Source of the DNA: a phage
Sequence record: PV806337.1
Length of the DNA stretch: 64,000 bases
Reading direction: 5' to 3' (one strand)
Shown here: positions 50,269 through 59,907 of the stretch, one piece after another
How the letters are laid out: each line of letters opens with the position of its first letter
Position numbering within the stretch: position 1 is the first letter of the stretch
Program-made: the position numbers and the translations under genes
Notes under the pieces: generated by a model
The model's database searches: none
The model's input: only the letters and a program-made list of their open reading frames with translations
What the model was told of the DNA's origin: nothing

Positions 50269-50461
50269 AAAGTTTCTCCTCTAGTTCCATAACACGATTT
50301 TCATAAGAGGCACGCAACTTTTCAATTGCCAGTGCACGCACTGTAACCTCATTAGAGTTAATAGCTAATTGGGCCAGATCTTCTGTTTCCATACGTCCGT
50401 TGTAAATTAATCGATATTTAAGGTGTTTCACATTCTTAGTCATTATTAAACTCCACTGCAA
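50237..50461 (-). CDS. hypothetical protein
   Basis: 74-aa ORF; true start uncertain. Confidence 0.35.
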   Translation of the reverse strand: MQWSLIMTKNVKHLKYRLIYNGRMETEDLAQLAINSNEVTVRALAIEKLRASYENRVMELEEKLYGILEADATR

Positions 50462-50816
50462 CTGTTTCTAGGTCTTCGTCAGAAAAACTAGAGTATACAT
50501 CTTTAAGATACTGTTTAATACTCCAAGTAATATCTTCGTACCCATTGGGGCTACGTTGGTATACTTTTAACACTCTATTATACACAAATTCAAGATTACA
50601 TTTTACTTCATCTCTGTCTTCATCAAACAAGCAATATGGGTTATAAGGCGATACATCTAGATTTGTTCCCACCCAATCGCCAATAATGGTAGGGTATCCA
50701 ACACCCTCTATATGCGAGTAATCACCTGTGGCAGCAAAGACAGCCTCAGCAATATCATCTACACCCAGATGGAAACTACCACATGTAGATTCAACTATAT
50801 AGGGCTTTAATTCCAT
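50436..50816 (-). CDS. hypothetical acidic protein
   Basis: 126-aa ORF directly downstream of a consensus promoter and GAGAGGAGAA RBS. Confidence 0.5.
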   Translation of the reverse strand: MELKPYIVESTCGSFHLGVDDIAEAVFAATGDYSHIEGVGYPTIIGDWVGTNLDVSPYNPYCLFDEDRDEVKCNLEFVYNRVLKVYQRSPNGYEDITWSIKQYLKDVYSSFSDEDLETVAVEFNND

Positions 50817-50844
50817 ATCTTTCTCCTCTCAAATTTATAAATCT

Positions 50845-50873
50845 ATTATATATAAATTTTTGGCTGAAAGCAA
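50845..50873 (-). promoter_or_regulatory. T5-type sigma70 promoter
   Basis: - strand TTGCTT, 17-bp spacer, TATAAT, then AGATTTATAAATTTGAGAGGAGAA. Confidence 0.75.
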
Positions 50874-50879
50874 ATAAAA

Positions 50880-50910
50880 TAAAAGCCAGGTCGACTAGCA
50901 ACCCGGCTGA
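50880..50910 (-). terminator. rho-independent terminator after nrdD (- strand)
   Basis: - strand GCCGGGTTGCTAGTCGACCTGGC hairpin followed by TTTTATTTTATTT. Confidence 0.55.
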
Positions 50911-50915
50911 TTAGC

Positions 50916-52763
50916 TTACTTAGCTCGAATATCCTGATGTTTCACCCTGCCCATAACCTCATGCTGTTTGCCTGGGTTAAATGGACGAGCACCTGGATTT
51001 CCAAGATACCCACAAACTCGACGAGTTACTTCAAGAGTTTCGGGGTCATGATTACCACAGATAGGGCACTTAAATCCATCTTCGGATGCTATTGTTTCAC
51101 CTAAGAATCCACATTTACCACAAGAATCCACTGGAGTATTAATACCGAAGTAATGAACTTTACTAGCAGCATAATTAATAACCCATTCTAGTGCATCTGG
51201 GAATCGTTTCATATCCGGTAGTTCTACATAGGAAATACACCCACCAGAAGCAATCGGAGTAAAGTTAGATTCATAATCAAATTTCACATTGGGAGCAACT
51301 TTACGTTCCACATCAAGGTGGTGAGAGTTAGTGTAGTATCCTTTGGACAGAATATCTTCATGCTCCGGGAAATATTCACGATCTAAACGGCAAAACCTAT
51401 CACACAGGGACTCTGACGGTGTAGCATACAGGCTATAACCTAACTTAGTTTCTTCCTTCTTCTGATCGACTCTATCTCGCATGTACTGCAATACACGCTG
51501 AACAAACTTGATGCTGGTCTCGGACATTGTGTCTACATCTTTGCCAAACATGAACTGTAGCATTTCATGACAACCAATATATCCTAGAGATACAGAAGCA
51601 CGGTTATAGAAATGATCGAATACGTATTCATCAGGCTCCAAGCGCAGTCCAAAGGCTCCTGACATATAGAGGATGGGTGCAGCTTTAGCTTGAATGTATT
51701 TTAAGCGATCAACTCTCCACTCCAACGCTTTTAATGCTGTATCCACACGTAGCTCAAGCAAATCAAAGAATAGATCAATATTTCCTTCAGCTTCGATAGC
51801 AATTCTAGGCAAGTTTACAGAAACAACACCTAAGTTATTACGACCTGCAGTTTCACCATCTTCTGTAGCAGCTAGGAATGAACGGCAGCCCATAGAAACT
51901 TTATAGTCACCAGTAACTTCCACAACCTTATCATAGCTGATATAATCTGGATACATACGTTCAGCAGTACATTTCATAGCTAACTTCTTGATGTCATAAT
52001 TAACATCCCCTGGTTTCATATTAACGCCATCACGGAGTACAAATACCAGTTTAGGGAAGATAGCTGTACGCTTATTGATACCTAAACCATCCATGCGTAC
52101 TTTCAGTATTGCTTTCTGTACTAGACGTGCTTCCCAAGAAGTTCCTAGACCAAAACCAAAGGTAATAAATGGACTCTGCCCATTAGAGTTGAACATGGTA
52201 TTGATTTCATATTCTAAACCCTGACAAGCGTCATAGACTTCTTTTTCAGTCATCTCCGTAGCCATTACGGATGCTTTGGCTTCATCCTTAGTCCAACGTT
52301 TTGCAAACGCATGATTTTTGTCATAAGATTTACGAACATAAGGGGCTAATACTTCATCAAGGCGATCTACAGAAGTACCACCATACTGATGGGAGCTAAC
52401 CTGAGTGATAATCTGAGCAGTAATAGCCGCCGCAGTAGTGATAGAGTTTGGAGTGCTAATTTCAGCATTACCAACCTTCATACCATTCTTCAACATATCT
52501 TCCAGAGCTACCAGGCAACAGTTAGTCATACCTAATGCAGCATAATCAGCATCATGGAAATGAATATCCCCAATCATATGAGCATTTCGAATCTGAATTG
52601 GCATTTCTTCTAAAATCAGATACTTACTCAATTCACCTGCAAGCATATCCCTTTGTGTAGGGAAACGTTCACTCGGTTTGTTCGCGTTATTAAAAAGTAA
52701 CTCTTCATTGGCAGATCCCTCAATAATTTCCTTACAATTTCTAATCAATTCATCTTTGTTCAT
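50916..52763 (-). CDS. nrdD: anaerobic ribonucleoside-triphosphate reductase (class III)
   Basis: 615 aa; C-terminal zinc-ribbon cysteines (CGKCGF…CPICGN) and glycyl-radical motif RVCGYLG. Confidence 0.9.
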   Translation of the reverse strand: MNKDELIRNCKEIIEGSANEELLFNNANKPSERFPTQRDMLAGELSKYLILEEMPIQIRNAHMIGDIHFHDADYAALGMTNCCLVALEDMLKNGMKVGNAEISTPNSITTAAAITAQIITQVSSHQYGGTSVDRLDEVLAPYVRKSYDKNHAFAKRWTKDEAKASVMATEMTEKEVYDACQGLEYEINTMFNSNGQSPFITFGFGLGTSWEARLVQKAILKVRMDGLGINKRTAIFPKLVFVLRDGVNMKPGDVNYDIKKLAMKCTAERMYPDYISYDKVVEVTGDYKVSMGCRSFLAATEDGETAGRNNLGVVSVNLPRIAIEAEGNIDLFFDLLELRVDTALKALEWRVDRLKYIQAKAAPILYMSGAFGLRLEPDEYVFDHFYNRASVSLGYIGCHEMLQFMFGKDVDTMSETSIKFVQRVLQYMRDRVDQKKEETKLGYSLYATPSESLCDRFCRLDREYFPEHEDILSKGYYTNSHHLDVERKVAPNVKFDYESNFTPIASGGCISYVELPDMKRFPDALEWVINYAASKVHYFGINTPVDSCGKCGFLGETIASEDGFKCPICGNHDPETLEVTRRVCGYLGNPGARPFNPGKQHEVMGRVKHQDIRAK

Positions 52764-53421
52764 TAATTATTTCCTCAATAAACCTTGCTACTACTTCTGG
52801 CTCAATACTAAAAAATTCTGTAGCACCATCAAAATCTTTATATTGACAATTATATTCCTTAAACTGTAAATGGGTTTCTCTCTCAATATGCATAGCTTTT
52901 GATCTATCTGAAAAGCTATACTCCTTAAATATTTTTAAATCATGTATGTTAGAGGAAGTTTTAATATCTCTGAGTCTATCTTTAGTTCTGCTAGACACAC
53001 CTATTTTGGTTCCCACATTACTTACTAAAATATATACGTTAGTAGGATAATTATCCTTCTCTAATAAACATATAGGACAACCAGAATTATGATTTCTAAC
53101 ACTATCAAGTGTAGACTCCCATTTATGATCATTCTCACAGCTGAACATGATTTTACTCTTGGAATTGATATATTTACCTTCCATCTTTATTCCACGGGCA
53201 GCTAAAGATTCATTTACTTCTTTAAGATCTAAAGTACGGCTAGCACAATAAGGGCAACCTCTACCACCTTTTACGTTATCTACTCTAGCCTCCCAACTAT
53301 GCCCATTAGAGCACTTAAATATAGCCTTGGATTTAGCTGATACATACGTGCTTAGCATAACTATTCCTCTAGGAGCAAGTGCTAAGTTCACATCTTCTGT
53401 AGTTATTTTCTTTCTTACCAT
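52750..53421 (-). CDS. T5orf172-type (GIY-YIG-like) domain protein with N-terminal zinc ribbons; homing-endonuclease-like
   Basis: 223 aa; two C-x4-H…C-x2-C repeats; C-terminal VYILV…GTKIGVSS…R…ERETHLQF…DGATEFF pattern. Confidence 0.6.
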   Translation of the reverse strand: MVRKKITTEDVNLALAPRGIVMLSTYVSAKSKAIFKCSNGHSWEARVDNVKGGRGCPYCASRTLDLKEVNESLAARGIKMEGKYINSKSKIMFSCENDHKWESTLDSVRNHNSGCPICLLEKDNYPTNVYILVSNVGTKIGVSSRTKDRLRDIKTSSNIHDLKIFKEYSFSDRSKAMHIERETHLQFKEYNCQYKDFDGATEFFSIEPEVVARFIEEIINEQR

Positions 53422-53442
53422 TAAATTCTCCTTAATTCACAT

Positions 53443-53471
53443 ATTATACATAATTCCACCCCATACGTCAA
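53443..53471 (-). promoter_or_regulatory. sigma70 promoter (divergent region)
   Basis: - strand TTGACG, 17-bp spacer, TATAAT, then AAGGAG RBS and ATG at 53421. Confidence 0.65.
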
Positions 53472-53643
53472 CTACATTTTTCTAATACTATTTGACTTTT
53501 GATTTTTATCAATTTTTATTGATGCTATACAGCATAATATCTTTACATATAAATAAATGATTATCTAGTATCATATTTCTACCTTTATAAGCAAGTAAAT
53601 TTTTTATTTAAAAGCAATATCATAGGTTTATTTAAAATTATAC

Positions 53644-53672
53644 TTGCTTTTTGCTGTAAACCTTGTTATAAT
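53644..53672 (+). promoter_or_regulatory. T5-type sigma70 promoter upstream of phoH
   Basis: TTGCTT, 17-bp spacer, TATAAT. Confidence 0.7.
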
Positions 53673-53748
53673 ATATTTGTAAGTTGATAAACAAGATCTC
53701 TTTGTTGATCCTCTGTTAGAAGCGAAGTACACTATAGGAGTGTTATTT

Positions 53749-54501
53749 ATGGGAAAAGCACGTCAAAAAAGAGAGAACCGCAATGGTTCAAGAAAGCGTG
53801 GCAACAAGTATGAGAATAACGTAATTCAGGCTGATTTTTCTAATGATTACGCTAACCCAGTTGCTAAATCCCTAGTAGGTAAAAACCGCGAGCAAAAATC
53901 ATATATCAATATGATCAAGAACAACACAGTGACTGTGGGCATCGGTGAGCCAGGTACTGGTAAAACCTTTATTCCGTCCGTTCTTGCAGCTCAGGAACTC
54001 GTAGACATTCACTCAGATATTGAGCAAGTGATCCTCGTACGTCCTAATGAACCTCTAGGTAAGTCTCTTGGTATGCTTCCTGGTGATCTAGCAGAAAAGC
54101 TAGAGCCTTGGTTGGAGCCAATAGCTGATGGTATGAAATGGGCCATCGGCGATCATGCCTATAAGGGATATGTCGAACGTCAGAAAATTAAATTTTTGGC
54201 TGTCGAACATGCTCGTGGCAGAACTTTCAACAACTCCTATGTAATTGTCGATGAAGCTCAGAATATTTCCGTTGAGGCAATGATTTGTCTTCTAACTCGT
54301 GTAGGGCAAGACTGCCGTTTAATTATCTGCGGAGATATAGCTCAGAAAGACATTAAAGGTGACTCAGGTCTAGCACTCCTTATGGAAGTCTATGAGAAAT
54401 ACGAAAATGCCCCATTCTCAATGATCGAATTGATTGATAACGTTCGTTCTGTTGAGTCTAAAGCATTCTATGACATCTTTAAAGACATGGGGAAGGTGTA
54501 A
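53749..54501 (+). CDS. phoH: PhoH-like ATPase
   Basis: Walker A GEPGTGKT, Walker B VIVDEAQN; start set at ATG 53749 after GGAG. Confidence 0.85.
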   Translation: MGKARQKRENRNGSRKRGNKYENNVIQADFSNDYANPVAKSLVGKNREQKSYINMIKNNTVTVGIGEPGTGKTFIPSVLAAQELVDIHSDIEQVILVRPNEPLGKSLGMLPGDLAEKLEPWLEPIADGMKWAIGDHAYKGYVERQKIKFLAVEHARGRTFNNSYVIVDEAQNISVEAMICLLTRVGQDCRLIICGDIAQKDIKGDSGLALLMEVYEKYENAPFSMIELIDNVRSVESKAFYDIFKDMGKV

Positions 54502-54502
54502 T

Positions 54503-54724
54503 ATGGGAAACGTCGTTCATCTGAGCCGTAAAACTAAAATACATCGTACTTCACTGAGTGCTGCTAATATGATTACACGTAAGGAAGGGGAAGAAAGTCC
54601 TAAGACAACCCTAGCGTGGAAAATTGTAACCTCAAATCCAAATAAACCATTCAATTATAACGAGTTGAGCACCTCCATAGATATTCTATTAAAAGAAGTA
54701 GCTAGAACTAAAGTAATTGAATAA
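54503..54724 (+). CDS. hypothetical protein
   Basis: 73-aa ORF from ATG 54503 with GGGGAAGG RBS; ORF-track start 54434 overlaps phoH. Confidence 0.45.
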   Translation: MGNVVHLSRKTKIHRTSLSAANMITRKEGEESPKTTLAWKIVTSNPNKPFNYNELSTSIDILLKEVARTKVIE

Positions 54725-54799
54725 GCTAAAAAGCTAGACTGGTAATATACAGGGCCTGGGTATGAAAATACTCGGGCCTTTTCTATCAGAAAATTTTAT

Positions 54800-54828
54800 T
54801 TGCCTAATGACCGATAATAAAGTAGAAT
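54800..54828 (+). promoter_or_regulatory. putative sigma70 promoter upstream of nrdA
   Basis: TTGCCT, 17-bp spacer, TAGAAT. Confidence 0.4.
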
Positions 54829-54866
54829 ATTCCTTAAATCCTGATAACTATAAAAAGGAAAGCCAA

Positions 54867-57197
54867 ATGAGCCATCGCATTGAAAAAGTAATTAAACGTG
54901 ACGGTACTGTAGAAGACTTTGCTCCTGAAAAAATCAATGGTTGGGCAGAGTATGGTTGCAAAACAGTTGATGTAAGCTGGTCAGCCATTACTATGGCTGC
55001 TCAAAAAACTCTGCCTAAAGGGGTTGTAGATTCCGACACTCTGATGGATGCATTAATTAAAGCTGCTGAAAGTCTTATTAAAGATAATCCAGCATACGAT
55101 GTGCCAGCAAAGGAATTACGTCTTGCGCAAATGCGTAAACGCCTTTATGACTCTTTCGAACCACCTTCTTTACGCTTCTTCCATGACCACATGGTTAGCG
55201 TAGGTGCATGGGAAGACATGAGTGCATGGATTACCGATGAGCAATTTGAAGCTCTGAATCAGGTTATCGACCATGATCGTGACCGTCTTTTTACTAGTGG
55301 TGGGCTGAAGCAGTTCTTTGATAAGTATTCCCGTCGTAATATAGCCACTGGTGAAATTTATGAAACCCCGCAATTCGCCTACATGGGTATGGCAATGGCG
55401 ATGTTATCTCAACCTAACTGGACAATTCTAGATGCAATCGACCTCTACAACGCAATGTCGCTCCACAAAATCAACGTTCCTACGCCGCCACTGGTTGGTC
55501 TGCGCTCTAGTGACCGTGGATTTGCTAGTTGCTGTCTCGTGGATTCCACTGACACGTTGGATTCAATCGACACCGCCGAGCACATCGTCTTCAAAATGGT
55601 CGCAGCCAGAGCGGGAATCGGGTATCATCTTGAAAGCCGATCAATTGCTGATCCGGTGCGAAATGGGGCATTCCCGCATTCCGGAAAACTGCCATATTAT
55701 CGACACATTGACCGCTCAGTAAAGGCCAATACTCAGCAAACTCGTGGTGGTTCTGCTACAGTGTCTTATCCATACTTCGACCCTGAAATCATTCAATTGA
55801 TGCAGGTTAAGCAACAACGTGCTACAGATGAGAATAAAATCGATAAGATGGATTATTCTCTGAGCTTTAACAATCTTTTGTTAAAACGTTATCTTAAAAA
55901 CGAAGATATTACGCTAATGTCATACTTCTATGCTCCAGAAGTTCATGAAGCGTTTTATAGTGATGACGAGGCTAAATTTGAAGAAATCTACGTGGCAGCG
56001 GAGAAACGTGTGGCATCTCTTACAAAGATCGACCACGAAGGAAAAACAGTTCCTGCAGCTCCTAAAGTCTCTGCAAAAGAAATCCTAGATACTTGGCTAC
56101 GTATCCGAATGGAAACAGGACGTATGTATGCTCACCACATTGGGGAATCTAATCGTCACGGTAACTTCCTTGATCCGATCCGTATGACAAACCTTTGTGT
56201 TGAAATTACTCAGCCTACACGCCCGTTCCATCACATTACAGAGCTGTACAAGACAAAAGAGCAGCTTGATCAAATGAAGCCGGAGGATATTGGTGAAGTA
56301 TCTCTGTGTAACTTAGGTGGTGTTGTACTTGGACGCATGGAATCTCTGGCTGAGTGGGAAAAAACTTGCTACATCCTTCTGAAGTTTGTTGATACAATTA
56401 TTGAAATTCAGGATTATCCGTTCCCAACTATGGAATATACGGCCAAGAAACGTCGTAATGTCGGTATTGGCCTAATGAACGCAGCAGGTGCAATGGCAGC
56501 AGAAGGTCTGGCTTACGAAGGTATTGAAGCTCGTAACTGGATCCACCGTGAGGCTGAAAAACTGTCTTACTTCCTGCATAAAGCCTCTGTACGCCTGGCT
56601 AAGGAACAGGGTGCATGTGAGTGGTTTGATCGTACTAAACCATCTAAAGGAATTCTGGTAATCGACACGTACAAGAAAACTGTTGATGAGCTGGTATCCG
56701 TAGGTCTAGAAATGGACTGGGAGTCTCTGCGTGCAGATATTCTGAAATATGGTATGCGTAACTCTGTTCTGACTGCTCAGATGCCGGGAGAAAGTTCTTC
56801 TGTTCTGTTAGGTGTTACTAACTCTATCGAACCACCTCGTAAGATTGTATCTATCAAGGGTAGTGCAGTAAATAAAGTAATTGCAATTGCTCCAGGTGCA
56901 ACCGATTGGGAAACGTTAATGAGCTATAAATTGGCTTATGATGTAGATCGTATCGAGTGGATCAAATGGGTAGCAACTATGCAGAAATTCTTCAGCCAGT
57001 CTGTTAGTACTAATATGTACTACGACTACACCAAGTTTGAGAATGAAATTATTCCTGGCCCAGTAGTAGTTCGTGATTTCATGACTGCTGTTAAATACGG
57101 GTGGAAAACTTGGTATTATGCTAACTTCAACACCGCAAATGGTGGTGGTGCTGGAGAAGAAGCAGCTGGTTGTGCATCAGGCGGTTGTACTATTTAA
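54867..57197 (+). CDS. nrdA: ribonucleoside-diphosphate reductase large subunit (class Ia)
   Basis: ATP-cone-like N-terminus (VIKRDGTVEDF), catalytic NLCVEI motif, C-terminal GCASGGC tail; start set at ATG 54867 after AAGGAAAG. Confidence 0.9.
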   Translation: MSHRIEKVIKRDGTVEDFAPEKINGWAEYGCKTVDVSWSAITMAAQKTLPKGVVDSDTLMDALIKAAESLIKDNPAYDVPAKELRLAQMRKRLYDSFEPPSLRFFHDHMVSVGAWEDMSAWITDEQFEALNQVIDHDRDRLFTSGGLKQFFDKYSRRNIATGEIYETPQFAYMGMAMAMLSQPNWTILDAIDLYNAMSLHKINVPTPPLVGLRSSDRGFASCCLVDSTDTLDSIDTAEHIVFKMVAARAGIGYHLESRSIADPVRNGAFPHSGKLPYYRHIDRSVKANTQQTRGGSATVSYPYFDPEIIQLMQVKQQRATDENKIDKMDYSLSFNNLLLKRYLKNEDITLMSYFYAPEVHEAFYSDDEAKFEEIYVAAEKRVASLTKIDHEGKTVPAAPKVSAKEILDTWLRIRMETGRMYAHHIGESNRHGNFLDPIRMTNLCVEITQPTRPFHHITELYKTKEQLDQMKPEDIGEVSLCNLGGVVLGRMESLAEWEKTCYILLKFVDTIIEIQDYPFPTMEYTAKKRRNVGIGLMNAAGAMAAEGLAYEGIEARNWIHREAEKLSYFLHKASVRLAKEQGACEWFDRTKPSKGILVIDTYKKTVDELVSVGLEMDWESLRADILKYGMRNSVLTAQMPGESSSVLLGVTNSIEPPRKIVSIKGSAVNKVIAIAPGATDWETLMSYKLAYDVDRIEWIKWVATMQKFFSQSVSTNMYYDYTKFENEIIPGPVVVRDFMTAVKYGWKTWYYANFNTANGGGAGEEAAGCASGGCTI

Positions 57198-57204
57198 TAA
57201 AAAC

Positions 57205-57232
57205 AAGGAGATCTTCGGGTCTCCTTTTTCTT
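57205..57232 (+). terminator. rho-independent terminator after nrdA
   Basis: AGGAGATC-ttcg-GGTCTCCT hairpin followed by TTTTCTTTG. Confidence 0.75.
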
Positions 57233-57243
57233 TGAAATTTTAC

Positions 57244-57272
57244 TTGCTAATCGCTACCAGATTTGCTATAAT
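57244..57272 (+). promoter_or_regulatory. T5-type sigma70 promoter upstream of nrdB
   Basis: TTGCTA, 17-bp spacer, TATAAT. Confidence 0.75.
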
Positions 57273-57303
57273 ATTCCTGAAATAGTGAGAAAGAGGAAAA
57301 TCA

Positions 57304-58449
57304 ATGACTACTTTACTAAACCTGAATTGGGATCATACTAACGCCGACCTTTTCCTGGGAGATTCTCTCGGTATCGCAGATTATGTACGTGTAGCACATC
57401 CAGAACTAGAACGTCTGGCACTTCTGCAGCGCTCTCAATTTTGGACTGAAACTGAAATCAGTCTGGAAGCAGATAAGAAACAATGGCCTAATCTCCCACG
57501 AGAAATTCAGGAAATTACACTCCTGAACTTAGCATGGCAAACTCAAACTGATTCCTTTATCAGTCGTGCCCCTGAAGCAGCTATTATGCCGCTTGTAAGT
57601 CGTCCAGAATTGGAAGGTATGCTCAAACAGTGGAGCTATTTTGAAGACCTGCATAGTCGTGCTTATAGCAATATTATTCGTAATGTGCTGACTGATCCAG
57701 CAGAATTTATTGATTCTGTAACCAAAAACCAAGAAGCATTCGCGCGCATCGCTGATTCTGTTGAACTATTCGATGAACTGTACCAGTTAGGTCAGTATTT
57801 CATCGCAGTACGCGATCATCGTGGCGACAATACATATCCAGAAACTGAGTTCCCTGAAGTTAAACGTGAAACTCAGGCTAAACTATTAGACGCTTACTTT
57901 GCGATCTATGGTCTGGAAGCAATGCAGTTTTACGCATCCTTTGCATGTACCTTTGCATTAGCAGAGAACGATATTCTGCAAGGTATTGCTAAAAATCTGC
58001 AATTAATCGCTAAAGATGAAGCTCTGCACACTCAGATGTCCAAAGCAATCATCCAGATTATGTTTCAGCAATTTGACAAAGATCTGGTAGATGAAGCAGT
58101 GGCTAAAGCACCAGCACAGCTCCTGAAAACTCTGAAAACTGAAATTGAATGGGGTCATTTCATTTTCAAAGGTCGTAGTCTGATTGGCTTGAATGCAGAA
58201 CTTCTAGAAGAATATCTGTATTTTGTGGGACGTAATGCATTTATGCACATCGGTGTAGAATGGCCTAGTCATTTACCAGTAATCACCAAAAACCCTATTC
58301 CGTGGATTATGAACTGGTTGGATACTACTTCTCTACAGCCTGCTCCACAAGAAATCCAGATTGGTGCAGCCTACCGTGTAGGTCAGGTAACTGAGACCTC
58401 TACTGATACTCTGAAAGATCTGGGTAATGAATTTGGAGATTTCTTATGA
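57304..58449 (+). CDS. nrdB: ribonucleoside-diphosphate reductase small subunit
   Basis: 381 aa; di-iron ligand motifs (FEDLHSRAY, DEALHTQ); AGAGGAAAA RBS. Confidence 0.85.
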   Translation: MTTLLNLNWDHTNADLFLGDSLGIADYVRVAHPELERLALLQRSQFWTETEISLEADKKQWPNLPREIQEITLLNLAWQTQTDSFISRAPEAAIMPLVSRPELEGMLKQWSYFEDLHSRAYSNIIRNVLTDPAEFIDSVTKNQEAFARIADSVELFDELYQLGQYFIAVRDHRGDNTYPETEFPEVKRETQAKLLDAYFAIYGLEAMQFYASFACTFALAENDILQGIAKNLQLIAKDEALHTQMSKAIIQIMFQQFDKDLVDEAVAKAPAQLLKTLKTEIEWGHFIFKGRSLIGLNAELLEEYLYFVGRNAFMHIGVEWPSHLPVITKNPIPWIMNWLDTTSLQPAPQEIQIGAAYRVGQVTETSTDTLKDLGNEFGDFL

Positions 58450-58979
58450 TTACAGCAATGTATGCAGTTGGGCCGAATGGGGAGTTCGGCCTCCGCGGTA
58501 AACTTCCATGGGGTTCCTTCAAAGAAGAACTAGATGCTTTCTATTCTCAACTGGACGTGTTGAATCCAGATAACATCATCATTGGTGCGGGTACTTATTT
58601 AGCTCTTCCATACGCCGTTAGAGAACGTATGATTGGAGCTTCTGACCTATTTATTCGTGCTGATCGTCCACTGCCAGATGATATTACACATGATATTTAC
58701 ACCCCAATTTCTAAGATTGGGGATGCTTTACCTACATTTCTGAAAGATCAGCAGACAGTAGTTCTAGGTGGTGCTAACCTTCTTCTAGAAATGTATCAAT
58801 ATGGTCATATTGAAAGTGCTTTTGTATCCACAATCTTTAGTAATCAAAAACTAGAGGCAGATGTATATCTGGATAATACGATTCTAGATTACAACTATGA
58901 ATCTACTCGTTTAGTTTACGCAACTGGCGCAAACAGTGATAACAGCCTGCGATTTGTACAGGAATTGGTTACTTATTAA
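58446..58979 (+). CDS. frd: dihydrofolate reductase
   Basis: 177 aa; DHFR-like N-terminus ([18 protein letters not shown]), glycine-rich IIGAGTY and VVLGGANLL segments; position between nrdB and thyA. Confidence 0.7.
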   Translation: MITAMYAVGPNGEFGLRGKLPWGSFKEELDAFYSQLDVLNPDNIIIGAGTYLALPYAVRERMIGASDLFIRADRPLPDDITHDIYTPISKIGDALPTFLKDQQTVVLGGANLLLEMYQYGHIESAFVSTIFSNQKLEADVYLDNTILDYNYESTRLVYATGANSDNSLRFVQELVTY

Positions 58980-59833
58980 TGGATCAGTATATAGAAGTTG
59001 GAAAACGTATTCTATCAGAAGGTCAGTGGGTAACGAATCCCAGAACAGGGGTTCGTTGCCTCACCATTATTGATGCAGATTTTACTTTTAACGTAGGTGC
59101 AGGTGAATTCCCACTTATTACTACTCGTAAGGCGTTTGCAAAACAAGCAATAATGGAAATGATTGGGTATCTACGTGGGTATGATTCAGCAGCACAATTC
59201 CGCGCTATTGGTGTTAACACATGGAATGCTAATGCAAATGAAAACTTAGCTTGGCTAGACAATCCATACCGTAAAGGTGAGGATGATATGGGACGAGTCT
59301 ATGGTGTTCAAGGACGTCAGTGGACTAATTCCGATGGTCTTATGTTTGACCAACTAGTCAAGATTTATCATAATCTGAAAAAGGGCATTGATGATCGTGG
59401 GGAAATTCTAACCTTCTGGAATCCGGGGGAGTTCTCAAAGGGTTGCTTACGTCCATGTATGCATACTCATCAGTTCTCTATTTTGGGAGATACATTATAT
59501 CTGAACTCTTTCCAGAGATCTAATGACTTCCTGTTAGGCCAAGTATTTAACATGGTTCAGTGCTATACGCTTCTAGCATTAATGGCACAGATTACAGGCC
59601 TTAAACCAGGAATTGCACGCCAGAAGATTATCAATCTTCATATCTATGAGGATCAGTATAATGTTTTGATGGAGCACAAGCAATTCGATCGTGAACCTTT
59701 TGCACTCCCAACTCTAGAAATTAATCCAAATATTAAGACTTTAGATGACGTATTGACTTGGGTAAGTAAGGATGATTTTACTGTTCAAGGTTATGAACAT
59801 CATCCAGCTATTGCATACCCATTCACTGTTTAA
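58979..59833 (+). CDS. thyA: thymidylate synthase
   Basis: 284 aa; active-site cysteine context [10 protein letters not shown]; overlapping start with upstream stop. Confidence 0.85.
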   Translation: MDQYIEVGKRILSEGQWVTNPRTGVRCLTIIDADFTFNVGAGEFPLITTRKAFAKQAIMEMIGYLRGYDSAAQFRAIGVNTWNANANENLAWLDNPYRKGEDDMGRVYGVQGRQWTNSDGLMFDQLVKIYHNLKKGIDDRGEILTFWNPGEFSKGCLRPCMHTHQFSILGDTLYLNSFQRSNDFLLGQVFNMVQCYTLLALMAQITGLKPGIARQKIINLHIYEDQYNVLMEHKQFDREPFALPTLEINPNIKTLDDVLTWVSKDDFTVQGYEHHPAIAYPFTV

Positions 59834-59846
59834 TTTAAAATATTAT

Positions 59847-59876
59847 TTGCTTTAATCCCAGTACTTATAGTATAAT
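59847..59876 (+). promoter_or_regulatory. T5-type sigma70 promoter upstream of HNH gene
   Basis: TTGCTT, 18-bp spacer, TATAAT. Confidence 0.6.
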
Positions 59877-59903
59877 ATCTCCTATATACATTATAGGAGA
59901 TAT
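59875..59903 (+). promoter_or_regulatory. perfect 12-bp inverted repeat overlapping -10 and Shine-Dalgarno of HNH gene
   Basis: ATATCTCCTATA-tacat-TATAGGAGATAT; right arm contains the SD AGGAGA 8 nt before ATG 59908. Confidence 0.7.
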
Positions 59904-59907
59904 ATTT

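Noticed and set aside
54762-54866. ORF-track N-terminal extension of nrdA (start 54762)
   Set aside because: The extension runs through a promoter-like element and lacks an RBS; ATG at 54867 has AAGGAAAG and begins the ATP-cone domain.
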